DNA of 63,997 nt, counting the filler, from Choristocarpus tenellus KU-1152 (Eukaryota > Protista > Phaeophyceae): the NCBI GenBank assembly GCA_964200185.2. It is 11 parts of 11 records of this genome, joined end to end, with 100 filler letters (N's around TTAATTAATTAA, not from the genome) between each part and the next. Parts side by side here need not be neighbours in the genome. Positions count along the whole stretch, not along the records: positions 1 to 4,592 come from CAXNAD020013876.1; positions 4,693 to 8,503 come from CAXNAD020017792.1; positions 8,604 to 15,704 come from CAXNAD020006697.1; 8 more parts are not named here. The stretch is one strand, 5' to 3'. Below are positions 1 to 13,514 of this stretch, piece after piece. Every line of letters starts with the position of its first letter. Positions within the stretch are counted from its first letter, which is position 1. The position numbers were made by a program, and so were the translations under genes. Under the pieces are notes generated by a model. That model was not told the origin of the DNA and ran no database searches. It was given only the letters and a program-made list of their open reading frames with translations.

Positions 1-788
1 CTGTCGCAAATAATGAGTGTATTCAGCAGGGGCCCCTTCCCCCCCCTCACCATGGGGCTCGATCATCGCCTGGCATTATTGGTATTAGGCCTCTTTCTTT
101 CCTTTCTTTCTATATCCAACATCTTAAAGTCAACATCTTGAAGTATTTCAAGATAGGAGACAATTTTGGTCACTTCTTCAATCCTACCAAACACATCATA
201 TTCCTGTCGGTTAAGAACACATTGATTATGCAGTGCAGTAGACTCCATTTTCCTGCTAATGCACTGCTTGCAGATTGATTGGACTGGCCCCTCCCAGAAG
301 TAAGTTGTTGAATGGGCCTCATCAAGAGGAAATGTCAACCTGGACTGGATGTGCATTTGTTGTGTCGCTGAAATAATGTTGCTGTCACTACAGCTACCAC
401 TCACTGCTGTTCATCACAAATCAGTGGCCAGTACCCAGGGTTCTCTGGACCCTGAACCTCCACCTTACGTCTCACGAAGAAGTGATTGATGTGTGGAAGT
501 GGATGCAAAAAACGCCAAGGAATCCAACACAACTAACCGCGTCTTCATCGGAGGTCTCCTTTACGTTACGTCGATTAAACATCATTTCCAGCCATTTTTG
601 GTCGTTCCCCGAAGCCTGGACACCCGTGGATATAAACCTTCAAAAGCTCTTGCCATACCCTTTCATTTGATAGATACATTGTTGTATATCTGTTGTGGCG
701 TTCCGGTGAACAAAACCAAGATTGCCAGAGGGCGAAGCTACTGGTACCACCTTACTAAAAAAGTACAGATATTTTAATTAAATAGAAA

Positions 789-1080
789 TGTGAGAGCCAT
801 TTTCCATAGAAGGTATACCCTGAAGATGACCTATCTTGAACGTTATAATATTCGTATGGCATTTGTTCTTGCATGTTGAAGGTAACATCTGCTTGAAGTA
901 AGATCGGGTGTACCAAACCCCCCTCCTTCAGTTACCACTGGTACGCTCTTTTCCCGAGTAATTTACTGAGGGATTACTCTCTCTTTTTGACTTGTCTCTC
1001 TTTGATCTTGCCTCCTGTAGGCCTTCCCGCTCCCCTTTATTACAAAGAACCTGTCGGCTTGTTTCCATCTGTTTCACAGA
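789..1080 (+). repeat. Dispersed ~300-bp repeat, copy 1
   Basis: Clearly homologous to 23775-24080 (tgtgagagccat...catttgttcttgcatgttgaaggtaacatctgcttgaag...agaacctgtcggcttgtttccatctgtttcaca). Confidence 0.9.
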
Positions 1081-2725
1081 AATTGTCAAATATTAAAAAA
1101 CCACACTGCTTACCAGTGTAGGTCTTCACAAATACACTATATAGTAAGTGCATTGATTGGTAGTGACAAAGTAATCACCTTTCCTCAATCTCTTGCTCCT
1201 TACTAGAGCCAGTTATAATCTATAAAAACAAATTGAATATCGCCCTCCTCACCATCATAAGGCAACATCCTGTTACTGCCATTTCCGAAGAAAACTTTTG
1301 TATTCAGGAGATGATTTCTCAACCATTTCCAACTGGAAAAATATTTTGAAGATATCTATGCGCAAACCGCAGTTGTTGGCTTTCGAACGATACTATTTGC
1401 TCTCCTCTGACACACCTGGAAAATGTTAAGAGGTTATAATAACATAAATACTATTTTCTATTTCTGAATCTCACGTTTGAAAACGTTATTCACAAAAAAC
1501 CAAAACGATACAGATCTACTGGATAGAGGAGTACGTAAATAATAAAAAAGAACTACGAGTTAGTGGAAAGAAACCTGTATATGACATATACTCGCATGAC
1601 TGTCACACACAGGAGAACACAGGAAATGAAGAGACATGTAGCAACTCACTCATTCTTTGAAGTCAGGTGGATGTGATTAGGTCAGAGGTGACAAGGGGCG
1701 AAAGCAGGGGTGGTAGAAAATAAGAACAAAATCGATGATCAAGGAAAAAAATGCAATCAGATAACATGGAAAGGATTTATTGTGGCAACCATTCCCCTCA
1801 GTACTACGACAGCTGCCTCACACACAGAATCACAAGGCAAGAGAGGGAAGCACACAATGACCGACCGCCATCAGCAAGAATGGATATCACCCACTGTTGC
1901 ACACTGTTGGTATTGACTGGTGCGTGTCTTCTTGCATGCTAATGTGTCACTTTCCCTTGAACTACCTGAACACGGACAAATATATTGTTGTGCTATTATA
2001 ATAGCCGTTACAACAGTACAGGTCCCTACAAAAGAAAGATAAGGACAAAAAACCGCATCATCGATTCAACCAGAAGGATAGGAGAGGGAATGCATTGATG
2101 TGCGTACAGTAGGAGTATCTGCTGAGAAGCTAGTGCTGCAGTGCACTACTATTGTTCTTACTCTGGAGTACACTACAAATAACTGACACCACACCACCAG
2201 TCAAGACGAACAACCACTAGCACTGGCTAGACACTACTCGTTTCCCACCAACACACCATTCACTCTGTTCATCTGTTCGAATGTCTGCAAGCATGTGTGC
2301 TTCACAGTGCATTCATTGCCTGTCCCTGCTTACGATGCTACGAACGTACCATTTGACTCATTACCTCAGAACAACACGTACTTGATACGTACCCATTTTA
2401 ATACGAAAAAAAACTGAAGCTCTGTATGCATCAGGAGAAACCGCAAAGAGCTACCTTGTACCACATTATCCACTTCAGTATACACTAGCACTACTGCACT
2501 ACCAATACTAAATAAAAAGAAGTCAATCAAACATTCCCACAACCCCCTCGCCCAAAATATACATAAAACAGTACACCCTTCAAGCACAGACACAGATGTA
2601 CATGCATACCCTGCCCACTATACATCATAGATTCATATGCAAAAACCCACAGCAAGAGTCCTAACCGAAGCACACCCCATCATCTTCTCACTGTCACACA
2701 CGGCACTAAAAACCCATCATTCCCA

Positions 2726-4592
2726 CTACTCCCCTCCACAATTCTCCCCCTCCCCCCAGCTTGATGGACCTCTGTGCCGGAGCATTTCCCGCGCCAATTC
2801 AGATGCCACTGTTCCTCCAATATCCCCAGCTGCCATGCGTGCCACCTCAGCTTCTCGTTCACTACCCTTCACCTTACGAATCGTCACCTCTACCCCCGCT
2901 CCCAACGCCGCCATCTCCCCGTCCCTCAAGTCCTCTGTGACTTCAACTACGGGGTCGATGCCCCCGCCATCTCCTTTTGTTACAACCTCTTCTTCCAACG
3001 AATCTATCCCTGATACTGAAGCCCTTTGTCCGCCACCATGCATACTACCAACACCACTACCACTCCCATCTCTGCCACCTTCAATCAGGACCTTTTCCAC
3101 AACAAAGTGCTCGTCGGCCAGGGCGGCCACCTGGGCCGTGTGCGTCACTACGACCACCTACATGATAGTTCAAGGACGGACAGGAATACAGCACACCACC
3201 AGTGAGCACAAGAGAGTAGGGGGGGAGGTGAAAGAGATAAAGGACAGTCACTTCAATAGACGGGTCCGATATTGCTCTGGGCTGATACCCACAGCCAACC
3301 AGAAGATAATCCAGTTTCAACTTCGGTGGGCTAACTTGGTCAATAAACTCTTGCGTATGTTTTCATGCCCCCATTCATTGGTTAGTGATTCCAAGCTGCA
3401 TCTTAGTTGCATTTTAGGTGGCAATGGAGCTAGCTGCTCAAGTGCTGAGTAGATTCACACCTCACCGATTATACATCTATCCCTCAGTAGTCGTGATGTG
3501 CAAGAAAACACATACAGAGTTATAAAACACCCAGTGATACACAAACATATACCTGGGTCATTGCACACAAAACAAGCACACACACAGACACACACACACT
3601 AGCCATAACTCTAAGTTCAGATCCTATCGGTATAGAAAAAAAAATCAATTTGTGATGTTGAGATTCACAGCACCTTGAACAAAAATTACTCAAGAAAAAT
3701 TCAAGTGTTTTGATTCCATATATATATTAACATACACAGATGCTCTATCTTCTTTGATATAGCAAAGGATTATCTCAATAATACATATATGCCGCATGCA
3801 TAGCTTCAGTGCATTACTACAACATAGCAACAACAAGAAACAATGCTCACAGAAAAAAGGTCACAAACACAAGAAGCTCAACAACATTCTAACCCTAACC
3901 CTAACTCCAACTCCAGGGAAGTAAACAACAATAAAAACATGCAATTGCTAACAAACGCTGCACAATCCACAAGAGCACTATCTTCCAGCCACTGCTTCAG
4001 AATACAGGTCATGGTGTAGTCCTACTTCTGTAGATATCACGGACAGAAGGTACTGACAGAGAGATAAGGTGTAGGTACACACACAGACATCATGCACGCA
4101 GTAGTTTGCACCCCTTCTCTCCACCTAACCAGCACTCAAGACAGTTAAGGGTACTTGAGGCACGGGCCACTCACTAACCCGGAAAATTCTTCAATTTCCA
4201 TGCATCAAAAACCATCAGTGGGCGTAACAGTACAACCGTAACCATATTTTTACCAACAATACTATACCCTTTCAATCTAAAATTCATACATATAAACACT
4301 GTCCACGGTTTCTTGCATGGCCATACCGTGCTGCACTCCAAACCCTAACCCCACCTCACGCACACTGCCCCCAAACCGCCTCCTTACCAATCGTATCCCA
4401 CCTCCCCTGTCAAAACAAGAATCAACCGTTCTTTCCACTCCCCTGCCCCTTCTTCACCTGAGACTCCTTCCCCTGCATAGCCAGCAGCGTCCCCACAGCC
4501 ACAGCAGCCCTACCCCCCACATGCGCATCAATCTCATCATACAGCATGGCACAGGGAGGGACTCGTTCACCCCTCACCCCCCCCCCCCCCCC
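2726..4592 (-). CDS. recN: DNA repair protein RecN-like (SMC-family ATPase), last two exons; 5' part truncated by contig end
   Basis: Exon ~4592..4458 translates ...PCAMLYDEIDAHVGGRAAVAVGTLLAMQGKESQ (Walker B/D-loop). A phase-0 GT-AG intron spans 4457..3158. Exon 3157..2726 reads VVVVTHTAQVAALADEHFVVEK...EREAEVARMAAG...ASELAREML...*. Together these match the RecN C-terminal signature (FDEIDxGxGG...QVxxVTHxPQVAA...ERxxEIARM). Confidence 0.88.
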
Positions 4593-4692
4593 NNNNNNNN
4601 NNNNNNNNNNNNNNNNNNNNNNNNNNNNNNNNNNNNTTAATTAATTAANNNNNNNNNNNNNNNNNNNNNNNNNNNNNNNNNNNNNNNNNNNN
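4593..4692. other. Artificial contig-joining spacer (N44-TTAATTAATTAA-N44)
   Basis: The identical 100-bp construct recurs 10 times and TTAATTAATTAA puts stops in all six frames. Other copies are at 8504-8603, 15705-15804, 19381-19480, 27066-27165, 32159-32258, 40476-40575, 45867-45966, 56918-57017 and 60057-60156. Confidence 0.98.
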
Positions 4693-5899
4693 TGCCGATG
4701 AACATCTCCATAGCGTTCTGGACGAATCATTGTCCTGACTCCAGTCTTCACTACCAATTGTAGTGCTGTGAGCCCATATCCTCCCCCCCCCCCAATTCCC
4801 CCCTTCCCTCGTGTCCCTCAACCACCAAACAATGGTCAAGAGCGCTGTCAACAATAGCTTGAAAACATTCTTCCTGAGTTAGGTCCTGGTAGCTGTGTGG
4901 AAGCTGGGAACTGAAGTCAATGGACATGGCAGCGTGACCTTCCGGGAGGCGGGATTTGCAATGCTTATATTGCCGTGCCTGCCAGATGGTTGTGTTTTGA
5001 TGAAGAAAGGAATGACTGCGGAAGTTGGTAAGGAGAGAACCTCGAGGAGTGTGGGGAACCCCTCTGTCCGTGGGAACAGTACCTGGTCGTACAGACGGGG
5101 GGGGCAGTAGTTGTGTGGGGTCATGTTTGGGGGGTCACGTTTGAGGAGGGGGAGCCATTCCTACCAAGTAAGTGTTTTCTGTTGCGGAAAAACCGTGCGT
5201 GTGTACCACAACCAACATCTACATGAACACACAATTTATTGTGTCACACCATGTCCCATCTCGCACTTCTTTCAAGTATTTTGTTCGAAGTGCTTGTGTT
5301 CCAACATGTAGTGTTTATCATCAGGAAATACTTTTTTGGAGTAATTTATTTAGTTTGAGTACATATTCTGCTGTTGTTGTTGGTACTACTACTATTACAA
5401 ATAGGACAAGCATTGCCTTGACGGACACCCTATTAAATGGGGATTCCTGACAGGATCAGTAAAAATGTTACTGTGTAACTCAATAACAATAATATATTGA
5501 TGATGATGATGATGAAACAAATGATAGGATCAGATGAAGTAGAAGAATACGATCGAACCCCTCCCAACACCCAAACATCTCAAATCCTTCAAAATCAAGG
5601 AGAAACCTCGGCCAGGGTTACATATGGCCTCCATCCCTCCGTCCCAATGCCATGCACTGCTAAAAATAACATACGAATACTAATATGTCTGTTGTGAAGT
5701 GAAAATATTTGAAAGAAAGGATATTCTTAGAAGAGAAGAGGAAGCATTAAAATCCCCATCTGTTGGTTCTACTATAATAACCCGGATAATATGTCGTAGT
5801 CACCTGACAAAGACATTACTATCAATTATTTCGATATCCAACAATAGTTCAACAACTCAATGTTTCTCCCACAGAATCATATTTTACACACGAATAAAA

Positions 5900-6890
5900 A
5901 GCATATTCTTAGCAGGGTGGCACTGTCTCTGGTGCTGTGAGTATTTTTCAGCAGCCTTACTCCCTAGTCAGACCTCAAGGACGATGTAGATACCTGGGGT
6001 TGTTGGTTGCTAAATGCACGATGTCCATTGTCACCTAGTCAAATCTTACGATTGTGACGAAAACGATCGAGGCAACGGACCAATATCGATACGATATGGT
6101 CACCTTCCTATCGACATAACAACCAGCCTGAGGTGTAACGATGCAATCAAGAGGAAGATACCCTATTTCTCCTCGATGACCCAAGTATGTATCGGACACT
6201 TTCCCCTTGAGTGCACTGAAAAATGTGTTAACCACAAGTCTGTTCATCACTGCAAACATGGACAGACGCTCAACATTCTTATATAATACATCTCCTCCTT
6301 ACATCTCAAAAATCCTGCTGTCGTAATCCTCTCCCTCCCTCATCTCTCTTCCTGGTGCGAGCATATGTGTCCATTTGAATGAAGAGCTTGTCCTTGGGGG
6401 GAGTCTGCTGAAGCGACAGTGTGGAACTCCTCTGAGAAAGCATAATTTGCTAACTCTAATGCCTCTTCTGTTGGGGAAAGTCCCACAATAAAGGAAACTG
6501 CTTATCATCAGGAGCTGGACCTTCTTCATCCGTTTATCAAGGAATTCTACTTCATGGCCGGTTTGTCGTAGGATTGATTTCCCCACTGCTAAACCCATTC
6601 CATAGATACCCTTTCGATCTTCTCTCCCACTAAAGAAAACCTTGTACTTGGACTCAGACAGCTCAAGACAAGAAACCCCAACTCTGCTTGTTGCTTGGAA
6701 GTCCGATCATGTGCGTCACATCCACAAAGTGGTCGTGTCACATCAAGACCTCCACATGGCCCACTTCGTTCTCGCCTCTCCCAGGCATGGTTCGAACATG
6801 CCATACGCCCACAGCCAGCTCTTTGTTCTGGGATTTCTGGAATCTCCCACTAGATGGTGTACATTGTTAAAACATAGGGTACTCGTTTGA
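5900..6890 (-). mobile_element. Degenerate LINE (APE endonuclease region)
   Basis: Broken-frame peptides KYKVFFSGREDRKGIYGMGLAVGKSI and MFAVMNRLVVNTFFSALKGKVSDTY...LDCIVT resemble non-LTR APE motifs (GVGLAV; LxxxNTFF; T(F/Y)...DYI). Confidence 0.7.
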
Positions 6891-7388
6891 TTTGTTTTGA
6901 TACGATAGAGTATTGTTAGTCCATACTAAAAGTTGTTCTGTCCATTGTAATGGTCACTGTTCTCACTTATCTCATTAGCTCCTCATCACAAGACCATCAA
7001 TCACCTTCAGAACACCACAGTACATAGGAAGCAGAAGAACAACCGCATCCTATCACACATACGTGTATACCATGTGTCACATCAGTTTCCTCTGACGTTG
7101 ATTCAAGTTTGTCTCCTTGTTTCTCCTTGTTTTTTTCCTTTCTTCTTCTTCACACAAGAAGTTGTCAGTTGCATATCATGTGTTGACATTTATATTTATT
7201 GACCCGCATTTCCCCCTCACAATTCATCACATACTCAATCTGCAATACACGTGTACCAGACACACGCCAGGACGCAATATAAACATAGTTGAAAACATCC
7301 TTCGAAACCATTTTCAGCCAAGGTGACAAGCCTCTCCACAGAGCATCCATTTCTTCGTTTGAGCGTCTCAGTGAATGATCACACACTT

Positions 7389-7604
7389 ACATCAACCATT
7401 TTCTGATTGAGTAAAACATGTTGCCAGTCCTACTAGAACGAATTCACATGTGTTTTGTTGCACTATGTCACCTTTCGCCAAACGTGCTAACCATAATACA
7501 ACTAAATACACTTTCACATCAACCAATATCTGATTGAATAACACATGTCATCAGACCTACCAGAACAAATTCAACAGTGCTTCGTTGCACTATGATACCC
7601 TTCG
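7389..7604 (+). repeat. Diverged direct duplication, period ~128 bp
   Basis: acatcaacca...tctgattga...acatgt...ccta..agaac.aattca...gttgcactatg occurs at 7389 and 7517. Confidence 0.75.
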
Positions 7605-8643
7605 TAACAAATTAGACACAGCACAACAATGCACAACACATACGAACTCAGGTTTCAACAGATCATGAGCCTCACGCGATTCCCCTTCGCAAAACGTGAT
7701 ACATAGGGCAGGACGTTCCCTCCTACTATTTCGAAAATATGATATTCTCTCCCTCTTCCTCACTATATCAAGTCTACCCCCATACTTTCCTTGATTCATG
7801 CACTGAAGGGACAGCCGACCCACGGCTTGTCGGCGACATCTAGCTCCTTCTCATTACCTAACCCTGTCGATAGTTGTGCCACAACCCACCACAAGGAAAC
7901 TACGCTAACCACATTTTTCGGAGGATGGAATAACGTCCACAGGGGATCGTATGTCCACGAGGTTTCTCACTGCCCTCCCCCTCAACGCATGATTCATGCC
8001 GTCCATGCGGCATGGTTTAGGTTATATTTTTAATCTTGGAACTTGGAATCACGGTTCACAGTGGTCGAGGCAACAACTCTTCAGATCCAACCTTTTCTCT
8101 GTAAGTGTTATGCCATTGTGTAACTGCTACTTTGTCGAGCTCCCAAGCAACAACTGCATACACACATCCTAATATCACTTGTCGTGTAGTTGAGACACTT
8201 ACATGTAAGGCGATACTTGGACTTGACAAGGAGCAGAGCGATTTGGAGGTGTCGGAGGAATGGGACGTCAAAAGGAGACTCTGTACATACATTCTCGAGG
8301 ATTTGAACAGGATGACCGAGGCCCAACTATATTGACACAACCAGTCCCTTCCCCAAAGAACATACATACCAATTGGACAACTCTATAACTGCATTTTGTA
8401 GATCACACTTGCGCCAAAGACACCTGGGTCAAAGTATCTGGGGGGGGGGGGGGGTGGTTTGTGAGGGGGCGTCCGTTTGGGTCAAACAACTCTTTTTCTT
8501 GCTNNNNNNNNNNNNNNNNNNNNNNNNNNNNNNNNNNNNNNNNNNNNTTAATTAATTAANNNNNNNNNNNNNNNNNNNNNNNNNNNNNNNNNNNNNNNNN
8601 NNNCTCTCTTCCCCCCCCCCCCCCCCCCCTCTCTCTTTTCTCT

Positions 8644-8678
<35 letters not shown>

Positions 8679-8702
8679 TCTCTCACCCCATCCTCCTCAC
8701 AG

Positions 8703-11700
8703 ACTGTACAGCAGTGCAGTGTACAGCCAACGACTTGAACAGTTTGCACTACCCGAGGTATTAACCAGGCCTCTGGAGGATGTTATCCTTCAAATGAAGG
8801 CCATGGGTATAAAGAAGGTTTCCCGATTTCCTTTTCCCACTCCCCCAGATGCTCAGGGTATCCGGGCCGCTACTGCACTGCTCACTAACCTTGGCGCAAT
8901 CGATACTGGGGGGGCAGGGGTAGAGACTGAAGATGGGGCGGCTACTGCTATTGGGAAGGCGTTAGCACTGCTCCCGGTCGGTGCCAGGTACGCGAAGATG
9001 CTGCTGTTGGCAATGCAAGGGTGTGTGCTAGAGCACAGTGTGGCTCTGGTAGCCATGCTGACTGAAGGGGACTGTTTTGTTCGCCCCAATGCGTCTACTG
9101 TGGTGGTGGAAGGGGGAAATGCTGGTGAGGGGGAAGGGGGGGGAGAGGAGCATGGGGGTGAAGGGGTAGTGGATGGAACGGACTCCGTGGAGATGCGTAG
9201 GAGGCGTGCACAGTGGGTACATCCAGATAGTGACGCCTTAGCAAGGTGAGAATTTAGGTGTTCGGATGGGTGGGGCGAGTACAACGCATTGACTGTGTGA
9301 GAAGATAATAAATTGAGTATTAAAAAGTAGACTTTTGTGGTGCTTTGAATGCCCATGCTCCCTCTGGGCACTCCCACATTTATGAGATGCTTGGAGTTGG
9401 AGGTCTGTTTTTCCTCTCTGGGCAGGTCCGACCACGAGAAATTCCTGGACTGCGTACACCCCGAGGAAGAATGCAGTGTATACTGACATGTAGCACTCAC
9501 AATTCCACTGCTGGTTACGTCAACGCCACCTCCTTCTGTGCCTGAGCAGGCTAAAAGCCGCGGGGGCATACGGGCATGCTACGGCTGGGGGCACTGCTGT
9601 TGGAGGGGCGGACTTCTGCAAAGAGAACCTCTTACACAGTCCCACGATGGACCGAGCGCTCCGGCTACGCCAGCAACTGTCGCGACTGTTGACCTTGAGG
9701 TTCGGTTCGGAACCGGGGTGGGTAGAGTTTGGTGTGGATGGTAATCTGCGACCACCTACACGCAAGCAATCCACATTGCTGAAACAGGCAAGATAGGGTG
9801 GAATTGGTGGGGAGAGGAAGGCAGGTTGTGTCGTGCCGTTGGTGTTTTGTGCTTCATGATGGTTCGTTTGTCTGGTGTGCACGAAGAATGCCGCTGCTAG
9901 AGTTGCGGCTTTGGGGGGATTGGGGTTAGCATCGCAGGGTTTTCGATTGTATTGTTGTCTATTGCATGCTTGGGTGGCGGAGTAGAGAGTGTTTTGTTTA
10001 TCGTAGTGCTTTGTTTTCTTTTGTTTTGTTACGAGGTGTTTTGGAGATAGCTGAAGCTACTGTTGAAGGCTTTGTGCTTTGAGATGCTTGGACTCTAGTA
10101 TTTTTTATTTCTTTATAAATGTGCAGTTTGAATTGTGTGACAAGGTGTTTTTGTGAGCTCCCTCGTGATCTGCGCGCCTATTTGAAAACACCGCAGTTTG
10201 CTTTCTGGGCAAGGACATGCATGGATTGGATTGGGTTGTGTGCTTGTATATTGTAGTTGCCAAGGAAGGGTAATGTGAGATGCATGGAGATTGGTCACAT
10301 TCTACATATTTTCTTGCCACTACCCTTAATGTTTCACATCTATGTTCCCTATGTGTGTGTGTGTGTTTCAACACCCACTGCCCTACCAACCTCTGTGTCT
10401 CCTCCTTTCCCCTTCTTGAATCCTTGAAAACATTTGAAAAAAGAAAGGAAAGAAATTGAAAAAAAAAAGATAGTCCTCTGAACCATAATAGTTTGAATCA
10501 GTGAGGAAGCCGATGTTCATTTGTTGAGAGTAAAACGTGCAAGTTGGGGTTACAATTATATACATTTTGTTAGTAAATGATTAAGTCTCGCCCACATCAT
10601 CTAAACAAGAGTTGGGGCTGTCCTGCACCTGTGGCGTGGTCTTAGTAGGTGCTGCTCTCCGGATTGTTGGACTGTGTTGCAAAGAGAGCTCCGGCTGGGA
10701 CAGTAACTGAGGGCAACCGCCTTCGAAGGTCGTGTGCTTACCTGAGCTGCAACGAGGCAGTGAAAGAGCCCCTGTACATCAAGAGCACCTCTACCTTGTT
10801 TTCAAGGGACCCAGAGGAGCTGCCACAGTGGGTGGTGTATCAGGTAGGGTTAGAGAGTGATGCTGCTCAATGTCTGCCCTTGCATGTGGATTGTGTGTGA
10901 AATTGTCACTGAATGGCGTCGGAGGCCGAGGTATATATTAAACCCCCATTAAGATTGGCTAAATCGCTGTAAGTGTCCCTGTCTTGGGTCCTTTTTTTAT
11001 ATGAAAGTAACCGACGGACATCTTGACTCCCCATTGGCGGTAGAGGTGGGAGTTGGGTTGAGAACTGAGCCCAAAGATGTATGTTTTTGGTGTGTGCTGT
11101 CCAACTTTGGCACCTTGGGTCTTCTTTTCTGCTAGTCGTTGGTGCTCACCAGACAGTTCTTTACTTCTCTATCCTGAGGCTTTGACATCCTCTCTTTCGT
11201 AACCAACTATCACCCACCCTATGCCTACTCTTCCTCTCGGTCCCTTTTTTGCACCCTTGACCAGACCCTGATGATGCATGGGTCGTTCTTTCTGTTTAGT
11301 TGGGAAAAAAAATTGACACTGAAGTTCAAATCTATGTTTTGAGTGCACTTACAAACAGGCTCGCTGGGCTTAAGACATAAATCGCGCATCATTACTTCTT
11401 GGTGGTCCTTCAGTCGCAGCGAGGTGTACTCTTTATTGTCAATAATTGAATACGACACACTGTTCTAGATTCATCAATACTACTGCCAGAAAATGCACTC
11501 CTCCTGAGTACAATCCTTGAATTACCTCCCACCCAAACATTCCCCCCAATTCTCCCAGGACATTGTAAGAGGTGAACGAGAAGGTTCCCCTGCATACATG
11601 GTTTGTGTGACCGCCATAGACCCAGCCTGGATAACCCCCCTGGCCGAGGGCTCCCCCCTCCTCCGCCTCTCTGGGCCTCTACCCTCTCCCCCACCAACAT

Positions 11701-12185
11701 ACGACCCTGTGAGGGGGGAGGTCATGTGTCGTGTAACACCACGGTATGGGGTGCATGGTTGGCCCCTTGCCCCATACCCTGTCGGACTAGCTCAAGCAAC
11801 TGCCGTGGCAACAGGAACCAATGCAATACTAGGTGCTGGTACAAGGGAAGGATCTTCTGGTGTACCAGACACAGTCTACCGTTGGTTTGGTAGGCTGCTA
11901 CTAGAGGGCAAAGTTGAAGGAACTCTGGTGGAGCTTAGAGTTGGGGGATTCCTGAATGACCCCCCAGCGCTGTTGACACTAGAAAGGCCTGCTGGGAAGG
12001 TGTCTGCCCTACTCTCTGGTCTTCGACAAGCACGAATATGTGGCCTACCAGGCCTGCGAGAGAAGTGGAGGCATGACCCGTCTTTCCTGAAGGATGCTGT
12101 GAGGTTGTGGGTGCGGTCTGAGGGAAGACCGGTGTTTGAGAAGGCATGGAGAGTTGCTATTGCAACAGCACAAGAGTTGCATTGA
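8703..12185 (+). CDS. DHX37: DEAH-box RNA helicase DHX37/Dhr1 (ECM16), C-terminal part; join(8703..9245,9550..9787,10649..10843,11559..12185)
   Basis: The spliced translation RLYSSAVYSQRLEQFALPEVLTRPLEDVILQMKAMGIKKVSRFPFPTPPD...LLKQ|VLLSGLLD...WVVYQ|DIV...YRWFGRLLLEG matches the DHX37 HA2, OB-fold and C-terminal regions. Exon phases are consistent (543, 238, 195 and 627 nt) and the stop is TGA at 12183-12185. Intron 2 has a GC donor. Confidence 0.92.
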
Positions 12186-13369
12186 CTTGTGAGGTAATGG
12201 GAGCAGGGGTTGGGTGTGGAGGAATGGAAACGGGCATGTCTCCAGTCCACCTTCCTGGTGTAGCCACAAAAACCCTCACAAGGGTTTTTGCTGGGGGAGG
12301 CGATGAAGGAGAGGGCGCTGCTAGGACCTAGGGCTATTGTCCACACCACTCGGTGCTTGTGTGGTACTGGTACATTTTGGACATTAGATAGTGCTAAGGA
12401 GCACTTTTAGAGTGGATCTTTTGCATTGCTTTGCCTTCTTCGCTTTTGAAGCATGCTTGTATTTCAAGGGATAATACATATTGACTTGTGAAACCACATA
12501 GAGTGAGCGTAAGAAATTGTTTATCGGTTTTTATTGTTCTTAATGCACATAATTACCTCATTGGGCAAGGGTTGTGTTCCGAATAGGGGCATTGCATCCT
12601 AGAGGGGGGGATGTTTAGCCTAGGTTGTCCATTAGAGGCTTGATGAGGTGTTGTAAGATATAGCCCAGTTTGATACCCTTTTTGCAGGTGATTTTTCTTT
12701 AAATTTGGTTCAGGCAAGGGGATGGAAAAGTAAGTTGCACATGAAATCACTACAGGGTCACACAGGCCCCCAGTGGACTCCTGGCCTCCCCTCTAGGATA
12801 ATATGGGTGATAATATGATGATTAACGTTTTTGCTGTTAAACTTTAGAGCAAGTTCACTTGCCCATCGCCAGAGTTGCTCAATAAAGGGTGGCAATGTTG
12901 CCATTGGTTGGCTCAGCCTCCTTTGCAGAGTAAACAAAACCTACAGCATGTGACCAAAATTTGGCATCAGTAGATATTTGCAAGTAGGGGAGGCGCACTA
13001 TAATATTGCTCCTGCAATCGCTCTTGGTGTTCCTCTAAGACTCAAAGACGTGCAACACCAGACAGCTATGGACCAAGTTGCCACAGTATCGCTGGAATGG
13101 TAGCTGAGTCTTGTACACTCTGGAGTGAGTGTGTAGCAACTGGTGGACAGGGAGGAGATAACTTTCGTGCTTGAGACCTCTTCTTGACCCTTGCACTGTC
13201 ATTCTGAGATAAATTGATGATAGGGTGGGTAAAAGACATTGGGCATGGTACGTTGTTTTTTTGGGATATTTTGAAATTGTTAGTAGTGAGCGAACCAGTA
13301 CTTCGAAGATATGTATTGCTTTCATTAGTATAAAGGAGTCGTTGGCGAGTGAGTATGTTGATGTTAATC

Positions 13370-13514
13370 AATGCTATCACTTGTGGAGCTCCTTGTGTAA
13401 CACCAACTTCGCAGTTGATGCACGTAATACATGTTGGGTTTGATATTAGCTAATGCTATCACTTGTGGAGCTCCCTGTGTAAACACCAACTTAGTAGTTA
13501 ATGCACATAATACG
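13370..13514 (+). repeat. Direct duplication, ~83-bp period
   Basis: aatgctatcacttgtggagctcc.tgtgta(a)acaccaactt...agtt.atgcac.taatac occurs twice. Confidence 0.8.

Noticed and set aside
2637-3452. 271-aa Ser/Pro-rich plus-strand ORF
   Set aside because: It is the antisense shadow of the RecN last exon.
4637-4648. Recurrent TTAATTAATTAA palindrome as a biological motif
   Set aside because: It is always centred in exactly 44+44 Ns, so it is a synthetic six-frame stop linker.
8853-9569. 238-aa minus-strand ORF
   Set aside because: It is antisense to the GC-rich DHX37 exon and has no recognisable motif.
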